Shown here piece after piece: positions 19,027 to 29,185 of a stretch of DNA of 64,000 nt. The position numbers and the translations under genes are program-made. Below the pieces are notes generated by a model, which saw nothing but the letters and a program-made list of their open reading frames with translations, was not told the origin of the DNA and did not search any database. Within the stretch, counting starts at the first letter, position 1. The number at the start of each line of letters is the position of its first letter. This DNA comes from an uncultured Actinomycetota bacterium (GTDB lineage: Bacteria > Actinomycetota > Acidimicrobiia > Acidimicrobiales > Palsa-688), in contig CAVTRI010000004.1 of NCBI GenBank assembly GCA_963737075.1, positions 65,695 to 129,694 on the forward strand, read 5' to 3'.

Positions 19027-20298
19027 TTAGCGGAGTCGGTAGAGGTCCTCGCCGGCGTCCGGCACCACCAGCGTGTCCGGGTCGGCGGCCCAGACCGTGG
19101 GGTCGATGGTGGCCGGGTCGAGGTAGTCGAGGTTGATGGAGCGGGTCACGCCCTCGGCGATGCCGGTGGCCAGCGTCACCGTGACCCGATCGCGCTCGCC
19201 GTGGACCTCGTCGAAGGTGCCGGCGCCGCGCAGGTGGGTGCAGTGGGCGAGGTCTCCCCAGTGGTAGTCCTTGAACCGGTCCCATTGCTTGACGAAGTAG
19301 TCGCGGCAGTGGTAGCCGATCTTGGCGATGTCTGGATGGGTGCTTGAGACCTCGTGGATGTGGGGGGCGTAGAGCACCACCTGGCCGCCATCGGCGACGA
19401 TCGGCTCCACCTTGTAAAAGCCCTTGGCCCCGGTCCACATGTCGTCGTACTTGGCCGGGACGAGCGACAGCACCCGGCGCACCGGGGCATTGAGGTAGCG
19501 AATGTGCGACTCGGCCGAGACGGCCGCCGCGGCATCCCACGCCGCTGCCGGGTCGCCGAAGGCCATCGAGTGCAGGTCCTCGGTTCGAGACTTCGTGACC
19601 ACGCAGAACGCGACCCGCTGTCCGGGGACCATCGACGCCGCCTCGTTGATCATGGCGCGCACCGGGGTGATCCCCTGGGTGCCGATGATCTTGGCGCTGG
19701 TGATCAGCGCGCCTAGCCAGTGCGACAGGTCGATGAGCTCTCGGCCGGAGACGCCGGGGAAGAGGTACTTGTTGCCGCCTGAGAAGCCGACGACCTCGTG
19801 GGGGAAGACGGGACTGACGATCAGTGTGACGTCGTGCTCGACGACGGCGCGGTTGACCCGCACGGGGGCGGTGTGATCGAGCATCCCGTTGGACAGCTCG
19901 GCGATCCGTTCGGCGGTGATGGTGCCCACGTCCGCGAACACCGACGGATCCCACCAGGCGTGGTTGAGCACCGTCATCGAGGGATAGGTCTTGGCCGATC
20001 CGCCGGCCTTATAGCCAAGGTGGGCGGCGAGCTCGGTCTCGGTCATCGCGGCGTGCGTCCCCAAGGCGACCAGCGCCGTCAGCCGGCTGACCCGCCCGTC
20101 CAAAGCGCCGTAAACGGCGGACAGCAGCAGCGGCAGGGGAAGGCTACGCGTGCCGTCCGGTACGAGCACGCATACGCTGCTCCCGTCGAGGTCCGTGGCA
20201 TCCAGTTGGTCGCGTACGAACCCCCGAATCTGGTCCTCGGTCAGCACCTGGTGGGGGCCGCCGATGCGGGGCACCGTGGTCGCGGCGGTTTGGGTCAT
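19027..20298 (-). CDS. LarA-like nickel-pincer-nucleotide-dependent 2-hydroxyacid racemase/epimerase (DUF2088)
   Basis: 424 aa from ATG 20298 (alternative ATG 20325). Contains VPDGTRSLPLP, LGTHAAM and SPVFPHEVVGFSGGNKYLFPGVSGRELIDLSHWLG. The H-x9-K-x15-H spacing equals, as far as I recall, His174/Lys184/His200 of L. plantarum LarA. Confidence 0.75.
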   Translation of the reverse strand: MTQTAATTVPRIGGPHQVLTEDQIRGFVRDQLDATDLDGSSVCVLVPDGTRSLPLPLLLSAVYGALDGRVSRLTALVALGTHAAMTETELAAHLGYKAGGSAKTYPSMTVLNHAWWDPSVFADVGTITAERIAELSNGMLDHTAPVRVNRAVVEHDVTLIVSPVFPHEVVGFSGGNKYLFPGVSGRELIDLSHWLGALITSAKIIGTQGITPVRAMINEAASMVPGQRVAFCVVTKSRTEDLHSMAFGDPAAAWDAAAAVSAESHIRYLNAPVRRVLSLVPAKYDDMWTGAKGFYKVEPIVADGGQVVLYAPHIHEVSSTHPDIAKIGYHCRDYFVKQWDRFKDYHWGDLAHCTHLRGAGTFDEVHGERDRVTVTLATGIAEGVTRSINLDYLDPATIDPTVWAADPDTLVVPDAGEDLYRLR

Positions 20299-20373
20299 AT
20301 CAACAAACCAGTGCCTTCGGAACACCTGGACGCAAGGGTTGCTTCATCGTCCGCAGACGTCCACTATAGGTGG

Positions 20374-21795
20374 ATGGCCGTCGGCCAACCAGCGCTGAGC
20401 CTCGATCCGGACCGGCTGCTGCCCGCCGAGCCCGGAGAGCGGAAAGTGGCGCAGCGTCTGTACGAGGCCGTGCGTGAGCTGCCGGTGATCTCCCCGCATG
20501 GACATGTGGATCCTCGGCTGCTGCTCGAAGACAAACCGTTCCCGGATCCGGCGACGCTGTTCGTAACGCCCGATCATTACGTGACCCGCCTTCTGCACGC
20601 CGACGGCGTGGCGCTGGATGCCCTCGGCGTCGGGCAGGGAGCGTTGTCCGAGGAGGCATCCCGGCGGGTGTGGCGACTGCTGTGCGAGCGCTGGCATCTC
20701 TTTCGCGGCACACCGGTCCGCTTCTGGCTGGAGATCGAGCTTGCCGACATCTTCGGCGTCGCCGTTCGCCCATCGGCGCACACCGCAGACGCGATCTACG
20801 ACCACGTGGCCGAACGCCTCGCCCAGGCCCCGTACCGGCCGCGGGCGCTCTATGAGCGGTTCCGCATCAGCGTCCTCGCCACCACCGATGACCCCTGCTC
20901 GGACCTGGCGACGCACGCCGCGCTCACCGCGGATCCCACGTGGTCGGGAAAGGTCATTCCCGCGTTCCGGCCCGACCGCTATCTCGAGCCCGCCCGGCCA
21001 GACTGGTCCGAGGCCGTCGCTCGGTTGGGCGCCGCGGCAGACATCGACACCGGCGACTACGGCGGATACATCCGCGCGCTCGAGCAACGGCGAGCACATT
21101 TCATAGCGCACGGCGCAAAATCGGCCGATCACAGCCATGACGACGTGCGGACCGATCCACTGGAGCCCTCAGAGGCGGCGCGGATCTACCGTACGGCGCT
21201 AGCCGGGGACGCAACCGGCCCGGAGGCAGTCGCCTTCCGGCGCCACATGCTGCTGGAAATGGCGCGGATGTCCTGCGAGGACGGGCTGGTGATGACGCTG
21301 CATCCCGGCGTCCGCCGCAACCACCACCGACCGACGTTCGAGCGGTTCGGGCCCGACACCGGCGGCGACATTCCGATCCGGATCGAATTCACCGACGCGC
21401 TGCGGCCTCTGCTCGAGCGGTTCGGGACGCACCCGGGTTTTCACCTGGTCGTGTTCACCGTGGACGAGACGGTGTTCTCGCGCGAGCTCGCGCCCCTGGC
21501 GGGGTTCTACCCCTCGGTATACGTCGGCGTGCCGTGGTGGTTCCTCGACGCCCCCGACGCCATCCGCCGCTTCCGCGCTGCGGTGACTGAGACGGCCGGC
21601 TTCTCGCGTACCTCCGGTTTCGTCGACGACACACGCGCGTTCTGCTCTATCCCCGCCCGTCACGACACGTCCCGCCGCGTCGACGCCGGCTTCCTGGCTC
21701 GACTGGTGGCCGAGCACCGTCTGGACGAAGACGAGGCGCTGGAGACGGCCATCGACCTCGTCACCGGCCGCCCGGCGGTGGTGTTCAAGCTATGA
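20374..21795 (+). CDS. uxaC: glucuronate isomerase
   Basis: Reads MAVGQPALSLDPDRLLPAEPGERKVAQRLYEAVRELPVISPHGHVDPRLL... for about 473 aa. The track ORF from 19798 is an over-extension antisense to larA-like. Confidence 0.85.
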   Translation: MAVGQPALSLDPDRLLPAEPGERKVAQRLYEAVRELPVISPHGHVDPRLLLEDKPFPDPATLFVTPDHYVTRLLHADGVALDALGVGQGALSEEASRRVWRLLCERWHLFRGTPVRFWLEIELADIFGVAVRPSAHTADAIYDHVAERLAQAPYRPRALYERFRISVLATTDDPCSDLATHAALTADPTWSGKVIPAFRPDRYLEPARPDWSEAVARLGAAADIDTGDYGGYIRALEQRRAHFIAHGAKSADHSHDDVRTDPLEPSEAARIYRTALAGDATGPEAVAFRRHMLLEMARMSCEDGLVMTLHPGVRRNHHRPTFERFGPDTGGDIPIRIEFTDALRPLLERFGTHPGFHLVVFTVDETVFSRELAPLAGFYPSVYVGVPWWFLDAPDAIRRFRAAVTETAGFSRTSGFVDDTRAFCSIPARHDTSRRVDAGFLARLVAEHRLDEDEALETAIDLVTGRPAVVFKL

Positions 21796-23174
21796 GCGCC
21801 GGGGAACTCTCCCGCTCCGCGGGACAGGGTCGCGCGGCCGCCCCGGTGCGGCTCGTGCACCTGGGGCTGGGCAATTTTTTCCGCGCCCATCAGTGCTGGT
21901 ACACCGAGCACGCCCCCGATGCCGCCGAGTGGGGGATCGCGGGATTCCTCGGGCGCGGCGACAGCCCCCTCGTGGAGCAGCTGAACACCCAAGAGGGCCT
22001 CTACACGCTGGTGTCGCGAGGCGGCGACAGAGACCGTTTCGAAGTAATCGGCAGCCTCTCGCGGGCGCACGTGGCGGCCGATCACGGCGCCTGGCTTGAC
22101 TATTTCAAGAAGCCCGAGTTGTGCGCGGTGACGGTCACCGTGACTGAGGCCGGATATCTGCGGGGCGCCGACGGGGGGCTCGACGTAAGTCGCTCTGAGG
22201 TCCAGGCCGATCTCAAGGCGCTGCGTGGGGATCTCACGGCGCTCGTGCGTACCGCCCCCGCTCGCCTATTAGCCGGGATCGCGGCACGAAGGCAGGCCAG
22301 CGGGGGGCCACTCGCACTCGTGCCTTGTGACAACACACCGGGCAACGGCGCGCTGGCGGAGCGGGTCGTCCAGGACCTGGCCGAGCTCCTCGACCCCGAT
22401 CTGGCTACCTGGCTGAAGGGCTCAGTGGCCGTCGTCACCACGATGGTGGACCGGATCACCCCCCGGACCACGCCGGAGGACATTCGCACGGTGGCCGATT
22501 CGACGGGGCTCGACGACCGGTGCCCGGTGGTCAGTGAACCGTTCCACGAATGGGTGCTCAGCGGCAGATTCCCCGCCGGGCGTCCCCAGTGGGAGAAGGC
22601 AGGCGCCACGTTCACCGACGACATCACCCCGTACGAGCATCGCAAGCTGTGGCTGCTCAACGGCGCCCACTCTCTGCTTGCCTACGCCGGATCGATTAGG
22701 GGGCACACGAAGGTGGACGAGGCGATAGCCGACGACACCTGTCGGGGCTGGGTGCTGGATTGGTGGGCGGTGGCCGCTCCCCACCTCGACCAGCCCGCCG
22801 GCGAGCTCAACAGGTACCAGGCCGCACTGCTGGAGCGCTTCGCTAACAGTCGCATGCACGATCGGCTGGACCGAATCGCCGCCGACGGCTCCCAGAAGTT
22901 GCAGATCCGGATTCTTCCCGTCCTGCGCGCCGAGCGAGCGGCAGGAAGAGCGCCGCCGGCTGCGACGCGCGTGTTGGCCGCCTGGGTGTGTCATTTGCGC
23001 GGGCTCGGGCCGCCGGTCAGCGACGCCCGTGCCGACGAGTTCGTCCCCCTCGCCGCGGGTCCGCTTTCCGAGGCGGTGCCACGGGTGCTCGACAAGCTGG
23101 ATCCGGAACTCGGGGCCGACGCCGACGTGGTGGCGCTCGTCGTCGAGCAGACCAGCCAGCTGGCCAAACGATGA
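21792..23174 (+). CDS. mannitol dehydrogenase family oxidoreductase (fructuronate/tagaturonate reductase type)
   Basis: 460 aa. The ATGA overlap with the uxaC stop indicates an operon. Contains LVHLGLGNFFRAHQCWYT, VTVTEAGY, VPCDNTPGNG, TMVDRITP and LWLLNGAHSLLAY. Confidence 0.8.
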   Translation: MSAGELSRSAGQGRAAAPVRLVHLGLGNFFRAHQCWYTEHAPDAAEWGIAGFLGRGDSPLVEQLNTQEGLYTLVSRGGDRDRFEVIGSLSRAHVAADHGAWLDYFKKPELCAVTVTVTEAGYLRGADGGLDVSRSEVQADLKALRGDLTALVRTAPARLLAGIAARRQASGGPLALVPCDNTPGNGALAERVVQDLAELLDPDLATWLKGSVAVVTTMVDRITPRTTPEDIRTVADSTGLDDRCPVVSEPFHEWVLSGRFPAGRPQWEKAGATFTDDITPYEHRKLWLLNGAHSLLAYAGSIRGHTKVDEAIADDTCRGWVLDWWAVAAPHLDQPAGELNRYQAALLERFANSRMHDRLDRIAADGSQKLQIRILPVLRAERAAGRAPPAATRVLAAWVCHLRGLGPPVSDARADEFVPLAAGPLSEAVPRVLDKLDPELGADADVVALVVEQTSQLAKR

Positions 23175-24784
23175 CCCCAAGCCTGTCCGCGCCGGTGATC
23201 ATCGGGCTGGACGTGGGCACCACCGCGGTCAAAGCGGTGGCCTTCGAGCCTGGCTCGTCGTGGCGCCGGGACGCGTCCCGCGAGTATCCGCTCCTGCAGC
23301 CAGCGCTCGGTCAGGTGGTGCAGGATCCCGCCAAGATCCTTGCGGCGGCGCAGGGCGCGCTCGCCGAATGCGTCGCCGCCACCAACAACGCTGAGGTCCT
23401 GGCGGTGTCGGTCAGCGCGGCGATGCACGGGCTGATCGCCCTAGACGCCGGCCTGCACCCGCTGACCTCGCTGCTCACCTGGGCTGACGATCGCGCCAGC
23501 GAGGAGGCGCGGTCGCTGCACCGCTCCGGGCAGGCCCCACAACTGCACGCCCTCACCGGCGTGCCGGTCCATCCCATGACCCCGATGACCAAGCTCATGT
23601 GGTTCGCCCGGCACGACCGAAAGACCTGGTTGTCGGCTCGCTGGTGGGTGGGCCTCAAGGACTACATCCTGCTGTGGTTGACCGGCAAGCTCGTCACCGA
23701 ACTGTCGTCGGCGTCCGGCACCGGCCTGATCGACATGTCCACCCGCGCCTGGAGCGACACGGCACTCGGGGTGTGCGGCGTGTCCGCCGACCGCCTCCCT
23801 CAGATCCTGGCCACCACCGCCAAGCTGGCGATCGCAGAGGCGACGGCCGGCCAGGTCGGCCTACCGGCCGACACGACAGTCGTGGTCGGGGCCGCCGACG
23901 GGCCGCTCGGTAATCTCGGCACAGGAGCGATCACGAAGGGCGTCGCCGGACTGTCGCTCGGCACGAGCGGCGCGGTTCGCATCGCGGTGGAGCAGCCACG
24001 TGTCGACGCCGACGGCTCACTGTTCTGCTATGCGCTGACCGACACGGTGTGGGTCATGGGCGGGGCGCTCAGCAACGGCGGCGGCGTCATGCGCTGGGCC
24101 GGTCACTCGCTGACCCCCGACATCGAGGCCGGCGTCGGCGATACCGGACTCTACCCGGCGCTGCTCGATCTGGCGGCCAGCGTCCCCCCGGGCAGCGAAG
24201 GGCTCCTGATGCTCCCCTACCTGCTGGTCGAGCGCGCCCCGCTGTGGGACCCCGACCTTCGAGGAGCGTATCTCGGCCTGCGCCGCCAGCACACGCGAGC
24301 GCACCTCGTTCGCGCGGCGCTCGAAGGGGTCTGCATGCAGATGCGGATCATCCTCGACCGCCTCGACGCGATCGATGAGGTCAGCTCGGTGCGGGTGACC
24401 GGCGGCGTCTTCCGCTCGGCCTTGTGGCGACAGGTGATGGCGGCCACCCTCGACCGACCGCTATACGTTGTCGGCGAGGCGGACGGAACCGCGCTGGGCG
24501 CCGCCGCCTTGGCGCTGTTGGCCCTGGGCCGAGCTTCGACCCTGACCGACGCCCTGGCAGGGCTGGCCGACAGCGGCCAGGCCGAGCCGATCGACGCCGA
24601 CCCCGAGCTAGTAGCCACTTACGAACGGCTGCGGGCCTCGCTCCCCGAGCTGATCCACGGCCTCGAGGATCTCGCCGGTCTACTCTCAGCCCATTCCCAC
24701 CCTGACTCGAGCGCGGCCGAAAAGACCCGACCTCACAGTGCACCGGCCACGGCTGATTTAGCTTGCGAGGGTCGATGCTCGTAG
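23171..24784 (+). CDS. FGGY-family carbohydrate kinase, gluconokinase-like
   Basis: ATG 23171 overlaps the previous stop (ATGA). Contains IIGLDVGTTAVKAVAF, VSAAMHGLIALD, GAADGPLGNLGTG, GGALSNGG and VTGGVFRSALWRQVMA. Confidence 0.75.
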   Translation: MTPSLSAPVIIGLDVGTTAVKAVAFEPGSSWRRDASREYPLLQPALGQVVQDPAKILAAAQGALAECVAATNNAEVLAVSVSAAMHGLIALDAGLHPLTSLLTWADDRASEEARSLHRSGQAPQLHALTGVPVHPMTPMTKLMWFARHDRKTWLSARWWVGLKDYILLWLTGKLVTELSSASGTGLIDMSTRAWSDTALGVCGVSADRLPQILATTAKLAIAEATAGQVGLPADTTVVVGAADGPLGNLGTGAITKGVAGLSLGTSGAVRIAVEQPRVDADGSLFCYALTDTVWVMGGALSNGGGVMRWAGHSLTPDIEAGVGDTGLYPALLDLAASVPPGSEGLLMLPYLLVERAPLWDPDLRGAYLGLRRQHTRAHLVRAALEGVCMQMRIILDRLDAIDEVSSVRVTGGVFRSALWRQVMAATLDRPLYVVGEADGTALGAAALALLALGRASTLTDALAGLADSGQAEPIDADPELVATYERLRASLPELIHGLEDLAGLLSAHSHPDSSAAEKTRPHSAPATADLACEGRCS

Positions 24785-24797
24785 CGTCCATCGGCTG

Positions 24798-25490
24798 ATG
24801 GCCGCGACCGGTCAGCCGAGCGGGCCGGCCGAGGCTTCCCATCGGCCGTTAGTGACAATTGCCGCCCTGTACGGGGCGGCCGGCACCGTCATCGGTCCCC
24901 GCGTCGCCGAGCGGCTGGGGGTGCCGTATCTCGATCGTGCGATTCCGGATGCTGTCGCCAAGCGGACGGGCCTGTCGCCCGATGCCGTCGCCGACGTCGA
25001 CGAGCAGCCGCGCTCCGGCGCCGAGCGGCTCGTCGCCATCCTGGGGCGGGCGTCGACGATCGGCGGCGGCGCCGGCGGCTCGATGGAGCGGCTCGATCTC
25101 CTGGAGCGGGAGCTGCGGGGTTACATCGAGGAGTTCCTGGCCCGGTCGCGAGTCTCCGGGGGCGTGGCCCTCGGACGCGGCGGTGCGGTCGTTTTGCGCT
25201 CGGTGCCATGGGCGCTGCACGTCCACCTGGGCGGCGCCCGCGAGGCCCGGATACAGCAGCGTATGGCGCTCGAGGGAATCGACCGCAAGACCGCCGAGCA
25301 CCGCCAGGAGGTAACGGACCGGGCGCGGATGGGGTACGTTCGCCGCGCCTACGGCGTCGATGGCGAGGACCCGAGCCTGTATCACCTGATGCTCGACTCG
25401 ACGGCGATGGACATCGATGCGTGCGTGAAGCTGATCGTCACGGCGAGCGAGGCCCGACTGCGTCGCCCGCGACCAACCGCCCCGGCGTGA
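24798..25490 (+). CDS. cytidylate-kinase-like (Cytidylate_kin2) family protein
   Basis: 230 aa. Contains VTIAALYGAAGTVIGPRVAERLGVPYLDRAI (a degenerate P-loop typical of this family), VVLRSVP..LHVHL.. and RRAYGVDGEDPSLYHLMLDS. Confidence 0.6.
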   Translation: MAATGQPSGPAEASHRPLVTIAALYGAAGTVIGPRVAERLGVPYLDRAIPDAVAKRTGLSPDAVADVDEQPRSGAERLVAILGRASTIGGGAGGSMERLDLLERELRGYIEEFLARSRVSGGVALGRGGAVVLRSVPWALHVHLGGAREARIQQRMALEGIDRKTAEHRQEVTDRARMGYVRRAYGVDGEDPSLYHLMLDSTAMDIDACVKLIVTASEARLRRPRPTAPA

Positions 25491-25500
25491 GGAGGACACC

Positions 25501-27283
25501 ATGCTCGCACCCCGCGATACCCAGACTCGCCAGCGAAAGTCGCTCGACGGCCTGTGGCGGTTCTTGCTCGACGCGGAGGGCGTCGGCCGCGACCAGAGCT
25601 GGTGGGAGGGGCTACCGGAGGGAGCGCGGGAGATACCGGTGCCGTCGAGCTACAACGACATCTTCCCCGAGGCGGCCGTGCACGACCATGTCGGCGACGC
25701 CTGGTATGAGACCGTCGTTCGCGTCCCCCCGGGGTGGGCGCACGAGCGGGTCGTGTTGCGGTTTGGCTCCGCGACCCACCGGGCGGTGGTGTGGGTCAAT
25801 GGCATCCAGGTGGTCGACCACGAGGGCGGGTACACCCCGTTTGAGGCCGACGTCACCGATGTCGTCGACGTGGATGCAGACAATCGGGTCACGGTCGCGG
25901 TCAACAACGTCCTCACCTGGCAGTCGATTCCGCCCGGCTACCTCGAGGACACTCCAGACGGTCCCCGTCAGCGGTATTTCCACGACTTCTTCAACTATGC
26001 GGGGCTGCACCGTTCGGTCTGGCTGTACACCACGCCGCGCGCACGTGACCGACGTAACGGTCGTCACCGGCCTGGCCGGCTCCGCGGGGACTGTCGGCTA
26101 CGAGGTCGACACGGTCGCCGCCGATGGCCTGCAGGTGCTGGTCACGCTGCGCGACGCCCGGGGCGCCCAGGTCGCCAGCTCATTGGGCAGCGTTGGCGAG
26201 CTCACCGTCGAGAACGTTCATCCTTGGCGGCCGGGTGAGGGATACCTCTACCAGTTGGCGGTGGAGCTGCGGGGCGAGCGGGACGTGCCGGTCGACGCCT
26301 ACTCGCTGGCCATCGGCGTCCGAACGGTGGCGGTGTCAGGGCCGCGCTTTTTGGTCAACGGGGAGCCGTTCTATTTCAGGGGGTTCGGAAAGCACGAGGA
26401 CAGCGCGGTCCGGGGCAAAGGCCACGACAACGTGTTCATGGTCCACGACTTCGCGCTGATGGACTGGATCGGCGCCAACTCGTTCCGCTCCTCGCACTAC
26501 CCGTACGCCGAGGAGGTGCTCGAGTACGCCGACCGGCACGGGCTCGTGGTGATCGACGAGACGCCCGCGGTCGGTCTCAACATGGGGTTGGGCGGAGGCA
26601 TCTTCGGCAGGCAGGGCTTCAAGACGTTCTCCGAGGAGACCGTCAACGACGCGACCCGGGAGGTCCACCGGCAAGTGATCCGCGAGCTGATCGCCCGCGA
26701 CAAGAACCACCCGTGCGTGGTCTTGTGGAGCATCGCCAACGAACCGGAGTCAGACACGCCGGAGTCGCGGGCGTATTTCGAGCCCCTCGCGGACGAGGCG
26801 CGCCGGCTCGACCCCTCGCGTCCGGTCGGCTTTGTCAACGTGATGCTCGCTCCGCCTGATAAGGACGTGATCAGCGACCTCTTCGACGTCCTGATGCTCA
26901 ACCGCTACTACGGCTGGTATGTCGATACCGGCGACCTGGCGGCCGCCGAGCGCGGGCTCGAGGCCGAGCTGCGCGCCTGGACGCAGAAGCATGACAAGCC
27001 GATCATCATCACCGAGTACGGAGCCGACACCCTCCCGGGGTTGCAGACGATCCCTCCGGCACCGTGGAGCGAGGAGTACCAGGCGGAGTTGCTGGCCATG
27101 TCGCACCGCGTGTTTGACCGCATCGATGCCGTTAGCGGAGAGCAGATCTGGAACTTCGCGGACTTCGCTACCGGGCCGGGGATCATGCGGGTGGACGGCA
27201 ACAAGAAGGGCGTCTTCACCCGGGACCGGCGCCCGAAGGCCGCCACCCACCACTTGCGCCGCCGCTGGCGCGGGCTGAGTTGA
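25501..27283 (+). pseudogene. uidA: beta-glucuronidase (GH2), copy 1, single frameshift
   Basis: GAGGAGG RBS. Frame 1 reads MLAPRDTQTRQRKSLDGLWRF...FHDFFNYAGLHRSVWLYTTPR. It then switches at about 26036-26045 (a CGCGCGC run) to the frame reading AHVTDVTVVTGL...FYFRGFGKHED...SHYPYAEE...WSIANEPES...IIITEYGADT...[14 protein letters not shown]. Confidence 0.85.
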
Positions 27284-27299
27284 GCCGCCGGGAGAGCGC

Positions 27300-28703
27300 G
27301 TGATGAAGCTCCACTTGCGCCAATACCTCGGATACGCCTCAGGAGACTTCGCGAACAACCTGACGTTCATGATGGTGTCCGCGTTCCTGCTGATCTACTA
27401 CACCGACGTCGCCAAGATTTCCGCGGCGACGGCGGGTTCGCTGTTCCTGGTGGTTCGCATCTGGGGCGGCTTTACCGACCTGCTGGCCGGCCGCCTTGTC
27501 GACGAGACTTCTACGAGGTGGGGCAGGTTCCGGCCCTACCTGCTGTTCGGCCCCCTGCCGCTGCTGGCGCTCCTGGTGGCGGTGTTCTCGATCCCGGGCG
27601 CACTGGGCAAGGACGGCAAGCTGGTGTGGGCGCTCTTGTCCTACGGCCTGTTCCAACTCGCCTATTCATTCGTCAACATCCCCTACGGCTCGCTGGCCGC
27701 CGCGATGACCCAGGACTCTGGCGAGCGGGCCAAGCTCTCGACGGGCCGCATGGTCGGGGCCAGCCTCGCGATCCTGCTGATCGCTGTCGTCATCTCGCCC
27801 CAGATCTCCGGCGGCGGCAATCTGCAGCGCTCGCTGACGATCACCACGATCGTGTTCGGGGCGGGGGGGTTCGCGCTGTACATGTGGTGCTTCGCCACCT
27901 CGAAGGAAAATGTGCAGCGCGATGTGGAGAAGGTCAGCCTGCGCGAGACGGTGAAAATGATGCGCCACAACCGACCGCTGATCTTGTTGTGCGCCTCGAG
28001 CCTGTTGTTCCTCGCCGGCATGTTCTCGCTGCAGACCGTCGCCGTCTACTACGCCCGCAACGTGCTCGGCGACGCCAACCTGTACATCGTGCTGACGGTC
28101 GTCCAGACGGTGGGCACGATTATCGCCGCCGTGCTCATCCCGAATGCCGTCGAGACGATCGGCAAGAAACGCGCCTACCTCGTGTCCGGTGTCATCGGGG
28201 CCGCGGGCGGCGTCGGCGTCGCCGTGGCCCCGGGATCGATCCCCGAGATCGGGATCGTGTGCTACGCCGTGCTCGGCTTCGGGATGGGAGCGATCAACAC
28301 CCTCATCTTCTCCTTACAGGCCGACACCGTCGACTACGGCGAGTGGAATAGCGGCGTACGCGCCGAAGGCTCGAGCTACTCCGTGCTCTCCTTCACCCGC
28401 AAGGCGGGCCAGGGGGTCGGGGGGGCGGTGGCGGCTTACACGATCGGGATCGGGGGCTACATCTCCGGGGCGAGCACCCAGACCCACTCGGCTCTGACGT
28501 CGATCAAGGTCGCCGCCGGGGCTCTGCCCGCCGGGCTGTTCCTCGCCGCGGCCGCGGTGATGCTCGCCTACCCGCTGACAGAGAACGCTTTCCGTCGCAT
28601 GGTGGCCGAGATCGCCGAGCGCCACGCCGCCGAGTTCGCGGGCGAAGACGCAGCGCTGCTCGCTGAGGCCGAGCAGGAGCCGACCGGCGAGCAGAGACTA
28701 TGA
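27300..28703 (+). CDS. GPH-family (glycoside-pentoside-hexuronide):cation symporter, glucuronide-transporter-like
   Basis: 467 aa with about 12 TM segments. Contains YASGDFANNLTFMMVSAFLLIYYTDV, GRLVDETSTRWGRFRPYLLFG and the IPYGSLAAAMT motifs. Confidence 0.8.
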   Translation: MMKLHLRQYLGYASGDFANNLTFMMVSAFLLIYYTDVAKISAATAGSLFLVVRIWGGFTDLLAGRLVDETSTRWGRFRPYLLFGPLPLLALLVAVFSIPGALGKDGKLVWALLSYGLFQLAYSFVNIPYGSLAAAMTQDSGERAKLSTGRMVGASLAILLIAVVISPQISGGGNLQRSLTITTIVFGAGGFALYMWCFATSKENVQRDVEKVSLRETVKMMRHNRPLILLCASSLLFLAGMFSLQTVAVYYARNVLGDANLYIVLTVVQTVGTIIAAVLIPNAVETIGKKRAYLVSGVIGAAGGVGVAVAPGSIPEIGIVCYAVLGFGMGAINTLIFSLQADTVDYGEWNSGVRAEGSSYSVLSFTRKAGQGVGGAVAAYTIGIGGYISGASTQTHSALTSIKVAAGALPAGLFLAAAAVMLAYPLTENAFRRMVAEIAERHAAEFAGEDAALLAEAEQEPTGEQRL

Positions 28704-29185
28704 AGCGTTCTGCTACGCCCGCGAATGCGGTGCCGTCGCTAACCGGCGCCCTGGCGTGACGCTGCGGTCGGGCACCGAGCCGCTCGAAGTGGCGTTCTCT
28801 AGCGGGATGGACTGCTCGACGCTGCTGGCGTGGGCGGCCCCGGCGCTGGGTCACGCTCAGGTTCTCGCCGCGCCAGGCGTCTCGCCAGTCTCGCGGCCCT
28901 CCGAGCGTGTCGCGACCCGTCGGGACGCCGCGTTCGCCGGAGTCCGTCTCGTCGAGGTGGCGAGGTTCGACGGCAGTCGGCTTCACCGAGCTGCGGGTTC
29001 ACCACCCTGGCGAGGAGGTGGCGAGCATCGAGCTGCCGGTGGCCGAGCTTGGCCGGCCCGCCAGCCGGGTGCGCGAAGCCGTCCAGCGTGCGAAAAGTTG
29101 CGCCGGGTTCCTATTCGTGGCGCCCGACCCGGCGGCGTGTAATCGGGCGCCTTTACGTTGCCGCTGATCCACTACGAGGAGCACC

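Noticed and set aside
26030-26050. Programmed ribosomal frameshifting in uidA copy 1, tkt or the IS110-type transposase.
   Set aside because: No slippery heptamer or downstream structure is present. These families are not known to use frameshifting, and the lesions sit in simple GC or homopolymer runs.
28704-29185. 480-bp gap between the symporter and xfp, with minus-strand ORFs (for example 28504-28986).
   Set aside because: No frame gives a recognisable family pattern. It may be a fully decayed gene or a leader, but nothing could be supported.
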